The notes: generated by a model not told the origin, from the sequence alone. A stretch of 64,000 bases of DNA from an uncultured Actinomycetes bacterium (GCA_963717405.1 OY970333.1:899645-963644), one strand, 5' to 3'; shown: positions 19,316-29,247, counted from the stretch's first letter. A program made the numbers and translations.

Positions 19316-20315
19316 GGACTCCCAGGCCCGGGCCGTCGGACGGCAGCTGGACTCCCTCCTCGAATGCCACTCCAGGCCACGGATCCTCTGCGAGGAGGAG
19401 GTTGCCGTCCAGGTCGACGTGGTCGCAAAGGCTCGCGACCTGCGCACCGGCCGAGATGCCGAGGCCCGACTCCACCATGCAGCCGAGCATGACGCCGAGC
19501 CCGAGGGCGCGGGCGGTCACGGCCATCCGGACGGCTTCACGGATCCCACCCGACTTGGCGAGCTTGATGTTGATTCCATGAGCCCGCTCGGAACACGGGA
19601 GGACGTCGGCGAGCGTGTGGCAGTCCTCGTCGACGTAGACGGGAAGCGCGGAGCGGCGCTTCAACTCGGCGCCGTCGGGGTCACCTGCCGGTAGCGGCTG
19701 CTCCACGTACTCGACGCCGAGCCGCTCGAGCTCCGCGATTGCCTCGATCGCCTCTTCGAGCGCCCAGTACTCGTTCACGTCGACCATGAGCGGTAGCTCG
19801 GTCACGGACCGAACGGCCCGAACGCGCTCGACGTCCAGCCCGTCGCGCCCTCCGAGCTTGAGCTTGAGGCGCCGGAAGTTCGAATCAGCGGCCTCGGCGC
19901 GGCGGGCCATGTCGTCGGGATCGCCGAGCCACACCGTCCACGAGGTCGGCGGGCCGACGGCTTCCAGACCGAGCAGCCGGTAGACCGGCAGGTCTGCGAG
20001 CTTGCCGCAGAGGTCGTGAAGCGCCGCATCGAGGGCAGCCTTGGCGGCGAGCTCGCCCTCGTGCTCGGCCAACCTCCGGCCGATCGCCTCGAGCGCGAAC
20101 GGGTCGTCTCCCAGCAGGCTCTCCGCTTCGGCCAGGAAGTTCCGCGCCGACTGAATCGACTCGCCGTAGTGCGCCAGCGGCGTCGCCTCGCCGAACCCGG
20201 AGCGGCCGCGGTGGCTGATCTCCACCCAGAGCACTTCCTCCTCGGTGCTGGTCTCGCGCGAGATCCGAAAGGGCGCCGCAAGACGCAGGGTGGCGGCGCG
20301 ATAGGTGAGCTCCAT
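19290..20315 (-). CDS. Enolase-superfamily dipeptide epimerase / N-acyl amino acid racemase homologue
   Basis: 341 aa with 'LKLKLGG', 'VEYVEQPL', 'VYVDEDC' and 'INIKLAKSGG', the MR/MLE metal and base motifs. Confidence 0.8.
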   Translation of the reverse strand: MELTYRAATLRLAAPFRISRETSTEEEVLWVEISHRGRSGFGEATPLAHYGESIQSARNFLAEAESLLGDDPFALEAIGRRLAEHEGELAAKAALDAALHDLCGKLADLPVYRLLGLEAVGPPTSWTVWLGDPDDMARRAEAADSNFRRLKLKLGGRDGLDVERVRAVRSVTELPLMVDVNEYWALEEAIEAIAELERLGVEYVEQPLPAGDPDGAELKRRSALPVYVDEDCHTLADVLPCSERAHGINIKLAKSGGIREAVRMAVTARALGLGVMLGCMVESGLGISAGAQVASLCDHVDLDGNLLLAEDPWPGVAFEEGVQLPSDGPGLGVHEAVPDPR

Positions 20316-20373
20316 GGGCCGGGTAGAGTATGGCTCCCGAGGAAACCTGCGCGATGAGGTTTCCTGCGGCGAA

Positions 20374-20446
20374 GCGCCTGTAGCTCAGGGGATAGAGCGC
20401 GCGCCTCCGGAGCGCGAGGTCGCAGGTTCGATTCCTGCCAGGCGCA
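20374..20446 (+). tRNA. tRNA-Arg (anticodon CCG)
   Basis: It folds by hand as GCGCCTG/TA/GCTC-AGGGGATA-GAGC/G/CGCGC-CTCCGGA-GCGCG/AGGTC/GCAGG-TTCGATT-CCTGC/CAGGCGC/A. It is 73 nt, and CCA is not encoded. Confidence 0.9.
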
Positions 20447-20499
20447 TTCTCCGACGCGAATCCGGCCGCCCGGCTGGGAACGTCGTTGGTGCCGAGGGT

Positions 20500-20709
20500 C
20501 TAGACCCGCGAGCCGTTGCGTCGCAGGACAACCTCGGCCCGGCCGTCGGCCGCGAGTCCAAAGCCGAGGGTGGCCGCGAAGACGAGCGCCGCAACCGAAG
20601 CTCCGGCGCCTGCCACGAGCGCAGACAGCGCCAGAGCCGTCGCCGAGCCCGCGGCGGCGAAGAGGAGGAGTGCGAGGGAGGCCTCTCGGTGCGGCGGCTG
20701 ACGATGCAT
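20500..20709 (-). CDS. Small hypothetical membrane protein
   Basis: From ATG 20709 it reads 'MHRQPPHREASLALLLFAAAGSATALALSALVAGAGASVAALVFAATLGFGLAA...', with two hydrophobic helices. No homology is recognised. Confidence 0.35.
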   Translation of the reverse strand: MHRQPPHREASLALLLFAAAGSATALALSALVAGAGASVAALVFAATLGFGLAADGRAEVVLRRNGSRV

Positions 20710-20725
20710 GATCGGGTTATGTGCC

Positions 20726-20751
20726 CCGGGGGACGCCCGTGCGTCCCCCGG
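20726..20751. promoter_or_regulatory. Perfect 11-bp stem / 4-nt loop hairpin in the corA leader
   Basis: CCGGGGGACGC-ccgt-GCGTCCCCCGG lies about 70 nt upstream of the corA ATG and 17 nt upstream of the divergent small ORF. Confidence 0.3.
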
Positions 20752-20822
20752 CGGAGGGAGGAACCTGGCGCGCGCGGGTAGAATCCAGCGCGAAATGCGA
20801 CTCGACGACCCGCTAAGTACCG

Positions 20823-21821
20823 ATGGCAAGGCCCACGCTTCCGAGACCGAGACTGCGGCGCGGCCGCACGCGCGGGGCTTCCGGCGAGGTCAGCGAGCTC
20901 GCAGAGCCGCGCATCGCTGAACAGAGCGCGAACGGCCTCACCTGGGTGCACGTCGACGAGCCGACCTCGCTCGAGGCGGTGGAGCTCGCCGAGCGGTTCG
21001 GCTTCCACGAGCTCGACATCGAGGACGTCCTCTCTAAGCGGCAGCGGCCGAAGATCGACGAGTACCCCGAGTACCTCTTCGTCGTCCTCCATTTTCCTTT
21101 CTACGACAAGACCGTTCAGCGTCTGAACGCCGCCGAGCTCGATCTCTTCATCGGTCCCGGCTTCCTGATCACGCTTCCGAACGTCGAGCTGCTTCCGGTC
21201 ACGTACCTCTTCAACCGGGTCGGCGAGGACGAGCGGCTCCGAGACGACCTCTTCTCCAAGGGCTCGGGCTACCTGCTCTATCACGTCCTCGACGACCTCT
21301 TCGACTACTGCTTCCCGATCCTCGACAAGATCGGCCACAAGCTCGACCGGCTCGAGGACGAGATGTTCGAGGAGCGAGCCGAGGAGATCGTCCGCGATAT
21401 CTCCAACGTGAAGCAGGAGATCATCGCCTACCGCAAGATCATCAAGCCGGAGCGTTCTACCCTGCGCGTGCTCGAGCGCTACATGGAGAGGTTCCTGCCG
21501 GAGGAGCTCGATATCTACTTCGACGACATCGTCGACGCCGCGGAGCGGATCTGGGATCTCCTCGACAACTACAAGGAGGTCATCGAGGGGCTCGAGTCGA
21601 CCAACGAGTCGGTGATCTCCCACCGGCAGAACGACGTGCTGCGCGTCCTCACGATCTTCAGCGCCACGATGCTGCCGCTGTCCGTCGTGGCAGGGATCTT
21701 CGGGATGAACCTCGCGTTCCCGGGTGAGGGAGGCGAGACGGCCTTCTGGGTCATCGTCGGATCGATGATCGGCATCGTGGTCGGAATGGTCAGCTTCTTC
21801 CGCTGGCGCCACTGGCTCTAA
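20823..21821 (+). CDS. corA: CorA-family magnesium/cobalt transporter
   Basis: 332 aa. The C-terminal two TM helices carry 'VAGIFGMNLAFP' (GMN motif). Confidence 0.85.
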   Translation: MARPTLPRPRLRRGRTRGASGEVSELAEPRIAEQSANGLTWVHVDEPTSLEAVELAERFGFHELDIEDVLSKRQRPKIDEYPEYLFVVLHFPFYDKTVQRLNAAELDLFIGPGFLITLPNVELLPVTYLFNRVGEDERLRDDLFSKGSGYLLYHVLDDLFDYCFPILDKIGHKLDRLEDEMFEERAEEIVRDISNVKQEIIAYRKIIKPERSTLRVLERYMERFLPEELDIYFDDIVDAAERIWDLLDNYKEVIEGLESTNESVISHRQNDVLRVLTIFSATMLPLSVVAGIFGMNLAFPGEGGETAFWVIVGSMIGIVVGMVSFFRWRHWL

Positions 21822-21832
21822 GGATCTAGACG

Positions 21833-23185
21833 ATGGCGCTTGAGCCCGAGGTTTTCAAGGCGTATGACGTCCGCGGCATTCATCCGGACGAGCTCGACGA
21901 GAACGGCGCCAGCCGGATCGCGCAGGCCTACGTCGAGGTGTTCGAGATCGACGCCATGGCGGTAGGACGGGACACGCGTCTTTCATCCCCCGCAATGGCC
22001 GAAGCGGTGATCGACGGGGCGCGAGAGGGCGGTGCCGACATCGTCGACATCGGTTTGGTCGGCACCGAGATGCTCTACTTCGCGGTCGACGAGCTCGAGC
22101 TTGACGGCGGGATCATGGTCACCGCCTCGCACAATCCGAAGGAATACACAGGGCTCAAGATCGTCCGCGAGGGCGCGCTGCCGATCGGGGGTGATTCGGG
22201 GCTTCTCGACATCCGCGACCTCGCGCTCGCCCACCCGCCCACCGACGGCGCCCGTGGAGATCTCCGTACGGAGGACGTCTATCCGGCCTTCACCGAGCGG
22301 GTTCTCTCGTTCGTCGACGTGGACGCGATCCGCGCTCTCCGAGTCGTCTTCGACGCGGCCAACGGCATGGCCGGATTGATGCTGCCGCCCGTCCTCGACC
22401 GACTGCCGATCGACGCCGTGCGGTGCTTTTTCGAGCCGGACGGCAATTTCCCGAATCACGAGCCGAATCCGCTTCTGCCCGAGAACCGCGGGTTCATCGA
22501 GCGCAAGGTCAGGGAGGCGAAGGCAGACCTCGGGATCGCGTTCGACGGCGACGCCGACCGCTGCTTTTTCGTCGACGACACCGGCGAGTTCGTGCCGGGC
22601 GACTTCGTGACGGCGCTCCTGGCCGAGGCGATGCTGGAGAAGCAACCAGGCGCGACGGTGCTCTACGACGTACGCGCCAGCTGGGCGGTTCCGGAGGTGG
22701 TCGAACGGGAGGGCGGAACGGCGCTCGTGAACCGCGTCGGACACGCGTACATCAAGCACAGGATGCGCGAGACGGGTGCGGCTTTCGCTGGCGAGGTGTC
22801 CGGGCACTACTACTTCCGGGACTTCAGCCAGGCCGACTCGGGAATCATCCCGGCGCTCCTCATGCTCGAACTCGTTTCGAAGAGCGAGGCGCCGCTTTCG
22901 GAGATCCTCCGGCCCTACCGGGAGCGTTACTTCCTGACGGGCGAGCTCAACACGCCCGTACGCGACGTGGGCGCGAAGCTCGAGGAGCTCGAGCGCCGCT
23001 TCGGGCCCGAGGGGCAGATCTCCCAACTCGACGGCATCTCCGTGGTAGCCGAGGACTGGCACATGAACGTCCGGCCCTCGAACACCGAGCCGCTCCTCCG
23101 ACTGAACCTCGAGGCTCGGAGCCAGGAGCTGATGGAGCGGAAGCGCGACGAGGTGCTGGGCGTCATCCGCGACGCGGCCTCGTAG
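21833..23185 (+). CDS. Phosphomannomutase / phosphoglucomutase
   Basis: 450 aa with the 'TASHNPKEYTGLK' phosphoserine loop and the 'FDGDADR' metal loop. Confidence 0.9.
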   Translation: MALEPEVFKAYDVRGIHPDELDENGASRIAQAYVEVFEIDAMAVGRDTRLSSPAMAEAVIDGAREGGADIVDIGLVGTEMLYFAVDELELDGGIMVTASHNPKEYTGLKIVREGALPIGGDSGLLDIRDLALAHPPTDGARGDLRTEDVYPAFTERVLSFVDVDAIRALRVVFDAANGMAGLMLPPVLDRLPIDAVRCFFEPDGNFPNHEPNPLLPENRGFIERKVREAKADLGIAFDGDADRCFFVDDTGEFVPGDFVTALLAEAMLEKQPGATVLYDVRASWAVPEVVEREGGTALVNRVGHAYIKHRMRETGAAFAGEVSGHYYFRDFSQADSGIIPALLMLELVSKSEAPLSEILRPYRERYFLTGELNTPVRDVGAKLEELERRFGPEGQISQLDGISVVAEDWHMNVRPSNTEPLLRLNLEARSQELMERKRDEVLGVIRDAAS

Positions 23186-23194
23186 GATCGGGGC

Positions 23195-23662
23195 ATGACG
23201 GTCACGCTCGGCCATCCCACCGACCGGCGGCCTCCGTTCAAGTTCTCGGCCCACACGAGGGTCGGATTCTCGGACACGGACGCCCAGGGCATCGTCTACT
23301 ACGGCCGCTACCTCCCCTACTTCGACCTCGCCCGGACCGAGTATCTACGGCACCTCGGTCTCCTCGCGAGCAGCGCCGCCGGGCATGAGTTCGTGATGCG
23401 GGCGCTCGCCGTCGTCTACGAGGCGCCGGCGCGCTTCGACGATTTGCTCGAGGTGTTCATCAGAACGAGTCGAATCGGCCGCTCCAGCGTGACAAACGCG
23501 TTTTGTGCGATTCACGAGGACGAAACCGTTATGTGCACGGCCGAGCAGACACTCGTTCTGGTCGACCTCGCGGAACGACGACCCGTGGTCGTACCGGACT
23601 CGTTTCGGACTGCAGTCGAAGCCTTCGAAGGCGCCGACCTCGAAGTCGCGGCCACCCGGTGA
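23195..23662 (+). CDS. 4HBT/YbgC-type acyl-CoA thioesterase
   Basis: 155 aa with 'RVGFSDTDAQGIVYYGRYLPYFD'. Confidence 0.8.
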   Translation: MTVTLGHPTDRRPPFKFSAHTRVGFSDTDAQGIVYYGRYLPYFDLARTEYLRHLGLLASSAAGHEFVMRALAVVYEAPARFDDLLEVFIRTSRIGRSSVTNAFCAIHEDETVMCTAEQTLVLVDLAERRPVVVPDSFRTAVEAFEGADLEVAATR

Positions 23663-24198
23663 GCCCACTCTCTGCCGACGCCGGCCACAGCGTGCTCGAG
23701 GTGGTCGAACGCCTCGCCGCGAGCGGTTCCGACCCGGCCGCGATACTCGACGAGGCCGTGCGATTGCTCGCAGACCGCTTGCCGCACTACTCCTGGGTCG
23801 GCATCTATCTCGTGGTGGGGGAAGAGCTCGTCCTGGGCCCGTGGCAGGGGCCGCACGAGACAGAGCACACGCGCATCCCGATCGGCCGGGGGATCTGCGG
23901 CGCAGCCGCCGCAACGGGGCGCACCGAGATCGTGGACGACGTCCATGCCGACGAGCGATACCTCGCGTGCTTTCCGTCAACGAGGAGCGAGATCGTCGTG
24001 CCGATCGCACACGAGGGCCGAGTCGTCGGCGAGATCGACATCGATTCGGACCTGCCAGCCGCGTTCGACGAGAACGACCGAACGTTCCTCGAGCAGGTCG
24101 CCGCGCTCGTATCGAGTCACGCGGCCGAGGCCGGAGCGTCTGCTGCCGCCGCCGCGGACTGCGGCCCCGCCAGCCCTGGCCCTTCCGGACGAGCCTGA
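23659..24198 (+). CDS. GAF-domain protein, free methionine-(R)-sulfoxide reductase-like
   Basis: GTG 23659 overlaps the upstream stop (GTGA). 'GRGICGAAAATG...DVHADERYLACFPSTRSEIVVPI' matches the fRMsr/YebR pattern as I recall it. Confidence 0.7.
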   Translation: MSPLSADAGHSVLEVVERLAASGSDPAAILDEAVRLLADRLPHYSWVGIYLVVGEELVLGPWQGPHETEHTRIPIGRGICGAAAATGRTEIVDDVHADERYLACFPSTRSEIVVPIAHEGRVVGEIDIDSDLPAAFDENDRTFLEQVAALVSSHAAEAGASAAAAADCGPASPGPSGRA

Positions 24199-24309
24199 GG
24201 TGCTCCCGGCCTCCTCCCCGCGTCGAGCCTACCGAGGCGCGACGCGCAAGTGTGTGCCGTTCGTGGCGGCATGCGCGCCGACCCGTGTCGAGAGACGCAC
24301 GGCCCTGAG

Positions 24310-24927
24310 CTAGCCCGATCGACGCACGCGCCGAGCGATCTGCGCGGCGCTCGCAGCAAAGACCGGCTCGCCGAGAACGAGGGTGCCGAGTTCGCTGGCC
24401 TGCCTGAGAAACGCGTCTCGCTCGGCCGCGAGCGACCCTCTCGCCACAAAGAGCGCGGCCCGGGAAGCGCCGGCCCAGCTCGCCACGGCGGCAAGGTCAC
24501 CACCCGACAGAGCGTCGGCCGTCTCGGCGAGCCTTGGCCGATCACGCATGTCCTCGGCGATGCGACCGGCTCGCGCGAGGAGGCGCACGGTCTCCTCATC
24601 TCTGGCGACGGCCCTCGCCAGGAGGCTCGTCCGGTGCTGGGGTGCCGCCCCGCCTCTCTGCCCCGCTCGGTCGCCGGCCGGGGAGTCCTTCTCGACCTCG
24701 ACAGACTCGGCTCGGACAGCCTCAGCGCGAGCCGCTTCGTCACGCTTGACCTCGAGCGGGGTGCGTTCTACCGGGGGGCGCACGAGAGATGCCACGAGCT
24801 CCACCGCGCGAATCCGGATCTCATCGACCTCCGCAGCGAGCTCGTCCAGCTCGGCCAGCGTTGCGGCGGCGGCGGAATCGGCACGCTCGAGCTCGTCGAG
24901 GAAGGCGAGCGCCCGCGCGTCCGCCAC
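24310..24927 (-). CDS. Hypothetical Ala/Glu/Arg-rich (coiled-coil-like) protein
   Basis: 205 aa. The GTG start directly abuts the relA stop. No family is recognised. Confidence 0.45.
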   Translation of the reverse strand: MADARALAFLDELERADSAAAATLAELDELAAEVDEIRIRAVELVASLVRPPVERTPLEVKRDEAARAEAVRAESVEVEKDSPAGDRAGQRGGAAPQHRTSLLARAVARDEETVRLLARAGRIAEDMRDRPRLAETADALSGGDLAAVASWAGASRAALFVARGSLAAERDAFLRQASELGTLVLGEPVFAASAAQIARRVRRSG

Positions 24928-27135
24928 TCAGGACGGCGTGAGGCGATAGGCGTCGAAGACGGACTCGATGTTCCGAAGCGCGGACAGAAGCGCTCGAAGA
25001 TCCTTCACGTCCCCGACCTCGGCCACGTACCAGTTCTTCGCCATCTGATCCTCGACGTGCCCGCCGTACTCGACGATGTTCGCACCGTGCTCGGCAAACG
25101 TCCGGGCGACGTCCTCGAGCAGACGCGGACGATCCCAGGAGGACACCGAGATCTGCACCCGGAAGCTCTGGGAGGCACCGCCGTCCCACTCGACGGGTGT
25201 GAACCGCTCCGGGTTCCGCCGAAGAGCCCGCACGTTGGGGCAGTCGTCTCGGTGGATCGTGATGCCCTTTCCGAGCGAGATGTAGCCGACGATGTCGTCG
25301 CCGGGAACAGGAGTGCAGCAACGCGCCAGCCTGACGAGCACGCCCTCGACGCCCGGCACGTGAATTCCGTAGTTGTCCGACGCGACCGCATGGCGAGCCT
25401 TGGGCCGGGTGGGAACCTTTTCCTCTTCCGCGACCTCGGCCGTCTTTAGCCGGTGCAGAACCTTGTTGGCGACCTGCGAGACGTGAAGCTTGCCCGAGCC
25501 CAGCGCAAGGTAGAAGTCCTCCGCCTTCTTGAAGCCCATCTCCCGGATGATCTGGGCCAAGAGCGGAGAGCTCGAGAGCTTCCGATAGGGAAGCTTGTGC
25601 TGCTTGAGGGCGTTCTCGAGCGTCTCGCGACCTCGCTGCTCCGCGTCCTCCTTCGTCTCGCGGCTGAACCACTGGCGAATCTTGTTTCTCGCCCTCGAGG
25701 AGGCAGCGAGCGAGAGCCAATCTCGAGACGGCCCGCGCCCGGCCTGCTTCGACGTGAGGATCTCGACGAAGTCTCCGCTCCGCAACGCGTAGTGGAGGGG
25801 GACGATCCGCCCGTTCACCTTGGCACCGACCGTCCGGTGGCCGACATCGGTGTGGACGGCATAGGCAAAGTCGATCGGGGTGGAGCTCGCCGGCAGGTTC
25901 TTCACCTCGCCCTTCGGCGTGAAGACGTAGACCTCGTCGGAGGCGAGCTCCGGGAACGCGCTCTTCAGCTCGCCGGGGTCGGTCTCCTCGGCCTGCCAGT
26001 CTGCGAGCTGACGCATCCAGGCCAGCCGCTCCGATTCGGTGGCCTTCGGACTGCCCTTGTAGACCCAGTGTGCGGCAATGCCGTACTCGGCCGTCGCGTG
26101 CATGTCGTTCGTCCGCACCTGGATCTCGAGCGGCTTTCCCTCCGGCCCGATGACGGTCGTGTGCAGTGACCGGTAGAGGTTGAACTTGGGCATCGCGACG
26201 TAGTCCTTGAACCGCCCGGGCATTGGTTTCCAGAGCGAGTGGATCGCGCCGAGCGCCCCGTAACAGTCGCGCTCGCCCTCCTTGCCCTCGTGCAGGACGA
26301 TCACGCGGAGGGCGGTCAGGTCGTAGATCTCGTTGAACTCCTTGCCGCGTTTCGCCATTTTCTCGTAGATGGAGTAGAAGTGTTTGGCGCGACTCGAGAT
26401 CTCCGCGGGGATCGAGAGCTTCTTCAGCTCCTTTCCGAGCAGGGCGCCTGCTTCGCTTACGAATTTCTCCCGGTCGGCCCGCCGCTCGTTCACCATCGCC
26501 TGGATCTCGGCGTAACGCCGTGGGTGCAGGGTCTGGAATGCGAGGTCTTCAAGCTGCCACTTGATCGTGTGGATACCGAGCCGGTGCGCGAGCGGTGCGT
26601 AGACCTCGAGTGTCTCGCGCGCCTTCTGGTTTTGCTTCTGCCGCCCCAGGTATTCGATCGTCCGCATGTTGTGCAGGCGGTCGGCCAGCTTGATGAGGAT
26701 GACCCGCGGGTCATCCGCCATCGCGATGATCATCTTGCGGTAGTTCTCCGCCTGGGCCTGCTCACGGCTCTGAAAGTGGATCCTCGTCAGCTTCGTGACG
26801 CCCTCGACGAGCCGCGCCACCTCCTCGCCGAACTCGGTGCGCACTTCCTCGATCGACGTGCCCGTGTCCTCGACGACGTCATGGAGGAGCGCCGCGGCCA
26901 GAGTCGCATCGTCGCGGCGGAGGTCGGCGAGGATCTGCGCGACGCCGAGCGGGTGGGCGACGAAGTCTTCCCCGCTTCGGCGAAGCTGCCCCTCGTGCGC
27001 GCGACAGGCGAACGCGTACGCACGCTCGACGAGATCACGGTCGACATCCGAGTTGTACGAGGCGACGTCGTCCAGCAGAGCCTCGAGCGCCTCCTGGTGA
27101 CGTCCCCGCGGAGTCTCGCGGATCGCCTGGGCCAC
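24928..27135 (-). CDS. relA: Bifunctional (p)ppGpp synthetase/hydrolase
   Basis: 735 aa with the HD motif 'LLHDVVEDT', a synthetase core, and TGS and ACT-like C-terminal regions. Confidence 0.95.
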   Translation of the reverse strand: MAQAIRETPRGRHQEALEALLDDVASYNSDVDRDLVERAYAFACRAHEGQLRRSGEDFVAHPLGVAQILADLRRDDATLAAALLHDVVEDTGTSIEEVRTEFGEEVARLVEGVTKLTRIHFQSREQAQAENYRKMIIAMADDPRVILIKLADRLHNMRTIEYLGRQKQNQKARETLEVYAPLAHRLGIHTIKWQLEDLAFQTLHPRRYAEIQAMVNERRADREKFVSEAGALLGKELKKLSIPAEISSRAKHFYSIYEKMAKRGKEFNEIYDLTALRVIVLHEGKEGERDCYGALGAIHSLWKPMPGRFKDYVAMPKFNLYRSLHTTVIGPEGKPLEIQVRTNDMHATAEYGIAAHWVYKGSPKATESERLAWMRQLADWQAEETDPGELKSAFPELASDEVYVFTPKGEVKNLPASSTPIDFAYAVHTDVGHRTVGAKVNGRIVPLHYALRSGDFVEILTSKQAGRGPSRDWLSLAASSRARNKIRQWFSRETKEDAEQRGRETLENALKQHKLPYRKLSSSPLLAQIIREMGFKKAEDFYLALGSGKLHVSQVANKVLHRLKTAEVAEEEKVPTRPKARHAVASDNYGIHVPGVEGVLVRLARCCTPVPGDDIVGYISLGKGITIHRDDCPNVRALRRNPERFTPVEWDGGASQSFRVQISVSSWDRPRLLEDVARTFAEHGANIVEYGGHVEDQMAKNWYVAEVGDVKDLRALLSALRNIESVFDAYRLTPS

Positions 27136-27283
27136 CCCCGGAGTGTAGCTCCGGGTGTCTCGGCCGCCCGCCGCCGGTGAGGCCGTTCCGTTCGTCTTCG
27201 GTGACCGATTCGGATCCGGGGTCGTCGTGTTTTCGCTCCCTCCTCCCCTCTCTTTCGGCTGTGAGGCCGGATTCGTTCAGCCC

Positions 27284-29185
27284 CTAGGCGGCGGCGGCGA
27301 GCGGGGCCTCGGTGAGGAGCGCCGCGAACGTCTCCGACTCCACGAGTGGGCGCCAGCGCGGCGGTTCGCTGTCGCCGTCGAGCCCAAGCTCCGCGAATAC
27401 GGCCGCGGCGGTCTCGTCGCGCTCGCCGGGATCCTTTCGCCATTCTGCAGCGAGCCAGCCCCGTAGCTCCGCGTAGCGCTCGGGTGTCTCGACGAGCCTC
27501 CGGACGACAAGCTGCGGAGCAACGGTGCCGTTCCAACGGTTTGCACCGAGCCGAAAGGCGACGTCCCACGCAACCGGTCGCCGGTACGAGTCCAGCCGGC
27601 CGCCCTGGCCGAAGGCGATTGCGCCCGAGCGGACGCCGTTCGCCGTAACCGCAAGCCTCAAATGCTTGCCCTCGCCCACGGCGCCGAGCTCCGACAGCTC
27701 ACACCCGACGGCGAGCAGCGTCACGGCCGGGTTTCCGAGGCCGAACGGGGCCAGACGCTCGAGCTCCTCGCAGAGGTCGAGAGTCAGCTCCCGACCGTCC
27801 GCGACGGCATCGACCCTGAGGCGCGGGACGAGGTCACCGTCCGAAAGCACCTCGTCGGTATGGGAGGCGAAGGCCTCGCTGAACGCCGCCAGGTTCTCCG
27901 GCATGATCGAGAGCCCCGCCGCGGCCCGGTGCCCGCCGAAGCGCTCGAGGTGGTCTGCGCAGACGCCGAGGCCGCTATGGAGGTCGAAGGCCGAGATCGA
28001 GCGGCCGGACCCCACCCACGCTCCCTCCTCAGTGCCTGCGATCAGAACGACCGGGCGGTTGAACCGCTCGACGAGCCGCGAGGCGACGATGCCGATCACC
28101 CCCCGGTGCCACTCCTCACCGGCGACGACGTATCCCCGCCGTCGCCGCTCAGGCTCTGGCCAAGACTCGATCTGGTGAACCGCGTCGCGGAGAATCCGGT
28201 CCTCGACCGCCTGGCGGTCTCTGTTCAGGACCTCGAGCTCGCCGGCGAGTCGCTCGGCCTCTCGCTCGTCGTCCGTCAGGAGTAGCTCGAGTGCCACGCC
28301 CGGATGGCAGAGGCGCCCGGCCGCGTTCAGCCGCGGGGCGAGCCGGAACCCCACCGAGCCCGAGTCGAGCGCCCCCGGGTCGACGCGGGCCGCCCGCATG
28401 AGCGCCCTGAGGCCGGGCTTCGTCGTCCGCGCCAGGCGCCTCAGACCCACCGCGGCAAGCGCCCGGTTCTCGTCCACGAGCGGCACGACGTCGGCGATCG
28501 TGGCGAGCGCGACGAGATCCAGGTGCTCCGCGAGCGCCTCTGCCCCGAGCAGCGCCTCCCCGAGCCGGAGCACCACCCCGGTCCCGCAGAGCTCGGGGAA
28601 CGGGTAGTCGGACGGCCGCGTCACCACGAGGGGACAATCCGGCAGCTCTTCGGCCGGCCGGTGATGGTCAGTGACGACCACCTCGAGGCCAAGCGCCTTC
28701 GCCTCGGCGACCTCTTCGACGGCCGTGATACCGCAGTCGACGGTCAGGACGAGGCCGCATTCCTCCCGCGCGAGCCGCGCCAGCGTCTCCATCGAGACGC
28801 CGTAGCCCTCTTCGAACCGGCTCGGTAGGTGCCAGTCGACGTCGGCCCCGAGCTTGCGGAGCATGAGGACGGCGAGCGCGGTGGCGCAGATCCCGTCGGC
28901 GTCGTAGTCACCGTGGACGCAGATCCGCTTTCCGGCCGCGATCGTCCGCCTGATCGCCTCGCACGCCGCTGCCATGTCTCCAAGGAGGAAGGGGTCGTGC
29001 GCGGGCCGCTCTGCCGCGAGGTGCACCCTCGCGGCGTCGGGGTCGCCGTAGCCCCGCCGGACGAGCACGCTGGCCGTCGTCTCCGAGACGCCGAGCTCCC
29101 TGGCGAGCGCGACAGCCTCGGGGCGGGGGCACGGACTGAGCGTCCAGGTGCCCTCCTGCATGGAAATCCACCGTAGGGGGCGCAC
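27284..29185 (-). CDS. recJ: Single-stranded-DNA-specific exonuclease RecJ
   Basis: DHH motifs 'VHGDYDADGI' and 'VVVTDHHRP', and DHHA1 'GGHRAAAG'. The start could instead be ATG 29161. Confidence 0.9.
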   Translation of the reverse strand: MRPLRWISMQEGTWTLSPCPRPEAVALARELGVSETTASVLVRRGYGDPDAARVHLAAERPAHDPFLLGDMAAACEAIRRTIAAGKRICVHGDYDADGICATALAVLMLRKLGADVDWHLPSRFEEGYGVSMETLARLAREECGLVLTVDCGITAVEEVAEAKALGLEVVVTDHHRPAEELPDCPLVVTRPSDYPFPELCGTGVVLRLGEALLGAEALAEHLDLVALATIADVVPLVDENRALAAVGLRRLARTTKPGLRALMRAARVDPGALDSGSVGFRLAPRLNAAGRLCHPGVALELLLTDDEREAERLAGELEVLNRDRQAVEDRILRDAVHQIESWPEPERRRRGYVVAGEEWHRGVIGIVASRLVERFNRPVVLIAGTEEGAWVGSGRSISAFDLHSGLGVCADHLERFGGHRAAAGLSIMPENLAAFSEAFASHTDEVLSDGDLVPRLRVDAVADGRELTLDLCEELERLAPFGLGNPAVTLLAVGCELSELGAVGEGKHLRLAVTANGVRSGAIAFGQGGRLDSYRRPVAWDVAFRLGANRWNGTVAPQLVVRRLVETPERYAELRGWLAAEWRKDPGERDETAAAVFAELGLDGDSEPPRWRPLVESETFAALLTEAPLAAAA

Positions 29186-29247
29186 CGGACGGAGCCTGGC
29201 CGCGCCCCGGTGCGGCGCAAGTTTCGACGCCCTTTCGACAGAGAGTC

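Noticed and set aside
20710-20822. An M-box/Mg2+ riboswitch upstream of corA.
   Set aside because: The leader is only ~110 nt and contains a single simple hairpin. Nothing resembles the multi-helix M-box.
20300-20830. The tRNA-Arg flank as a possible genomic-island integration site.
   Set aside because: There is no integrase, no repeat of the tRNA 3' end seen by eye, and no compositional change. The downstream genes (corA, PMM) are housekeeping.
20385-21812. A 475-aa minus-strand ORF.
   Set aside because: It is antisense to corA and runs across the tRNA-Arg. Its composition is that of a mirror-frame artefact.
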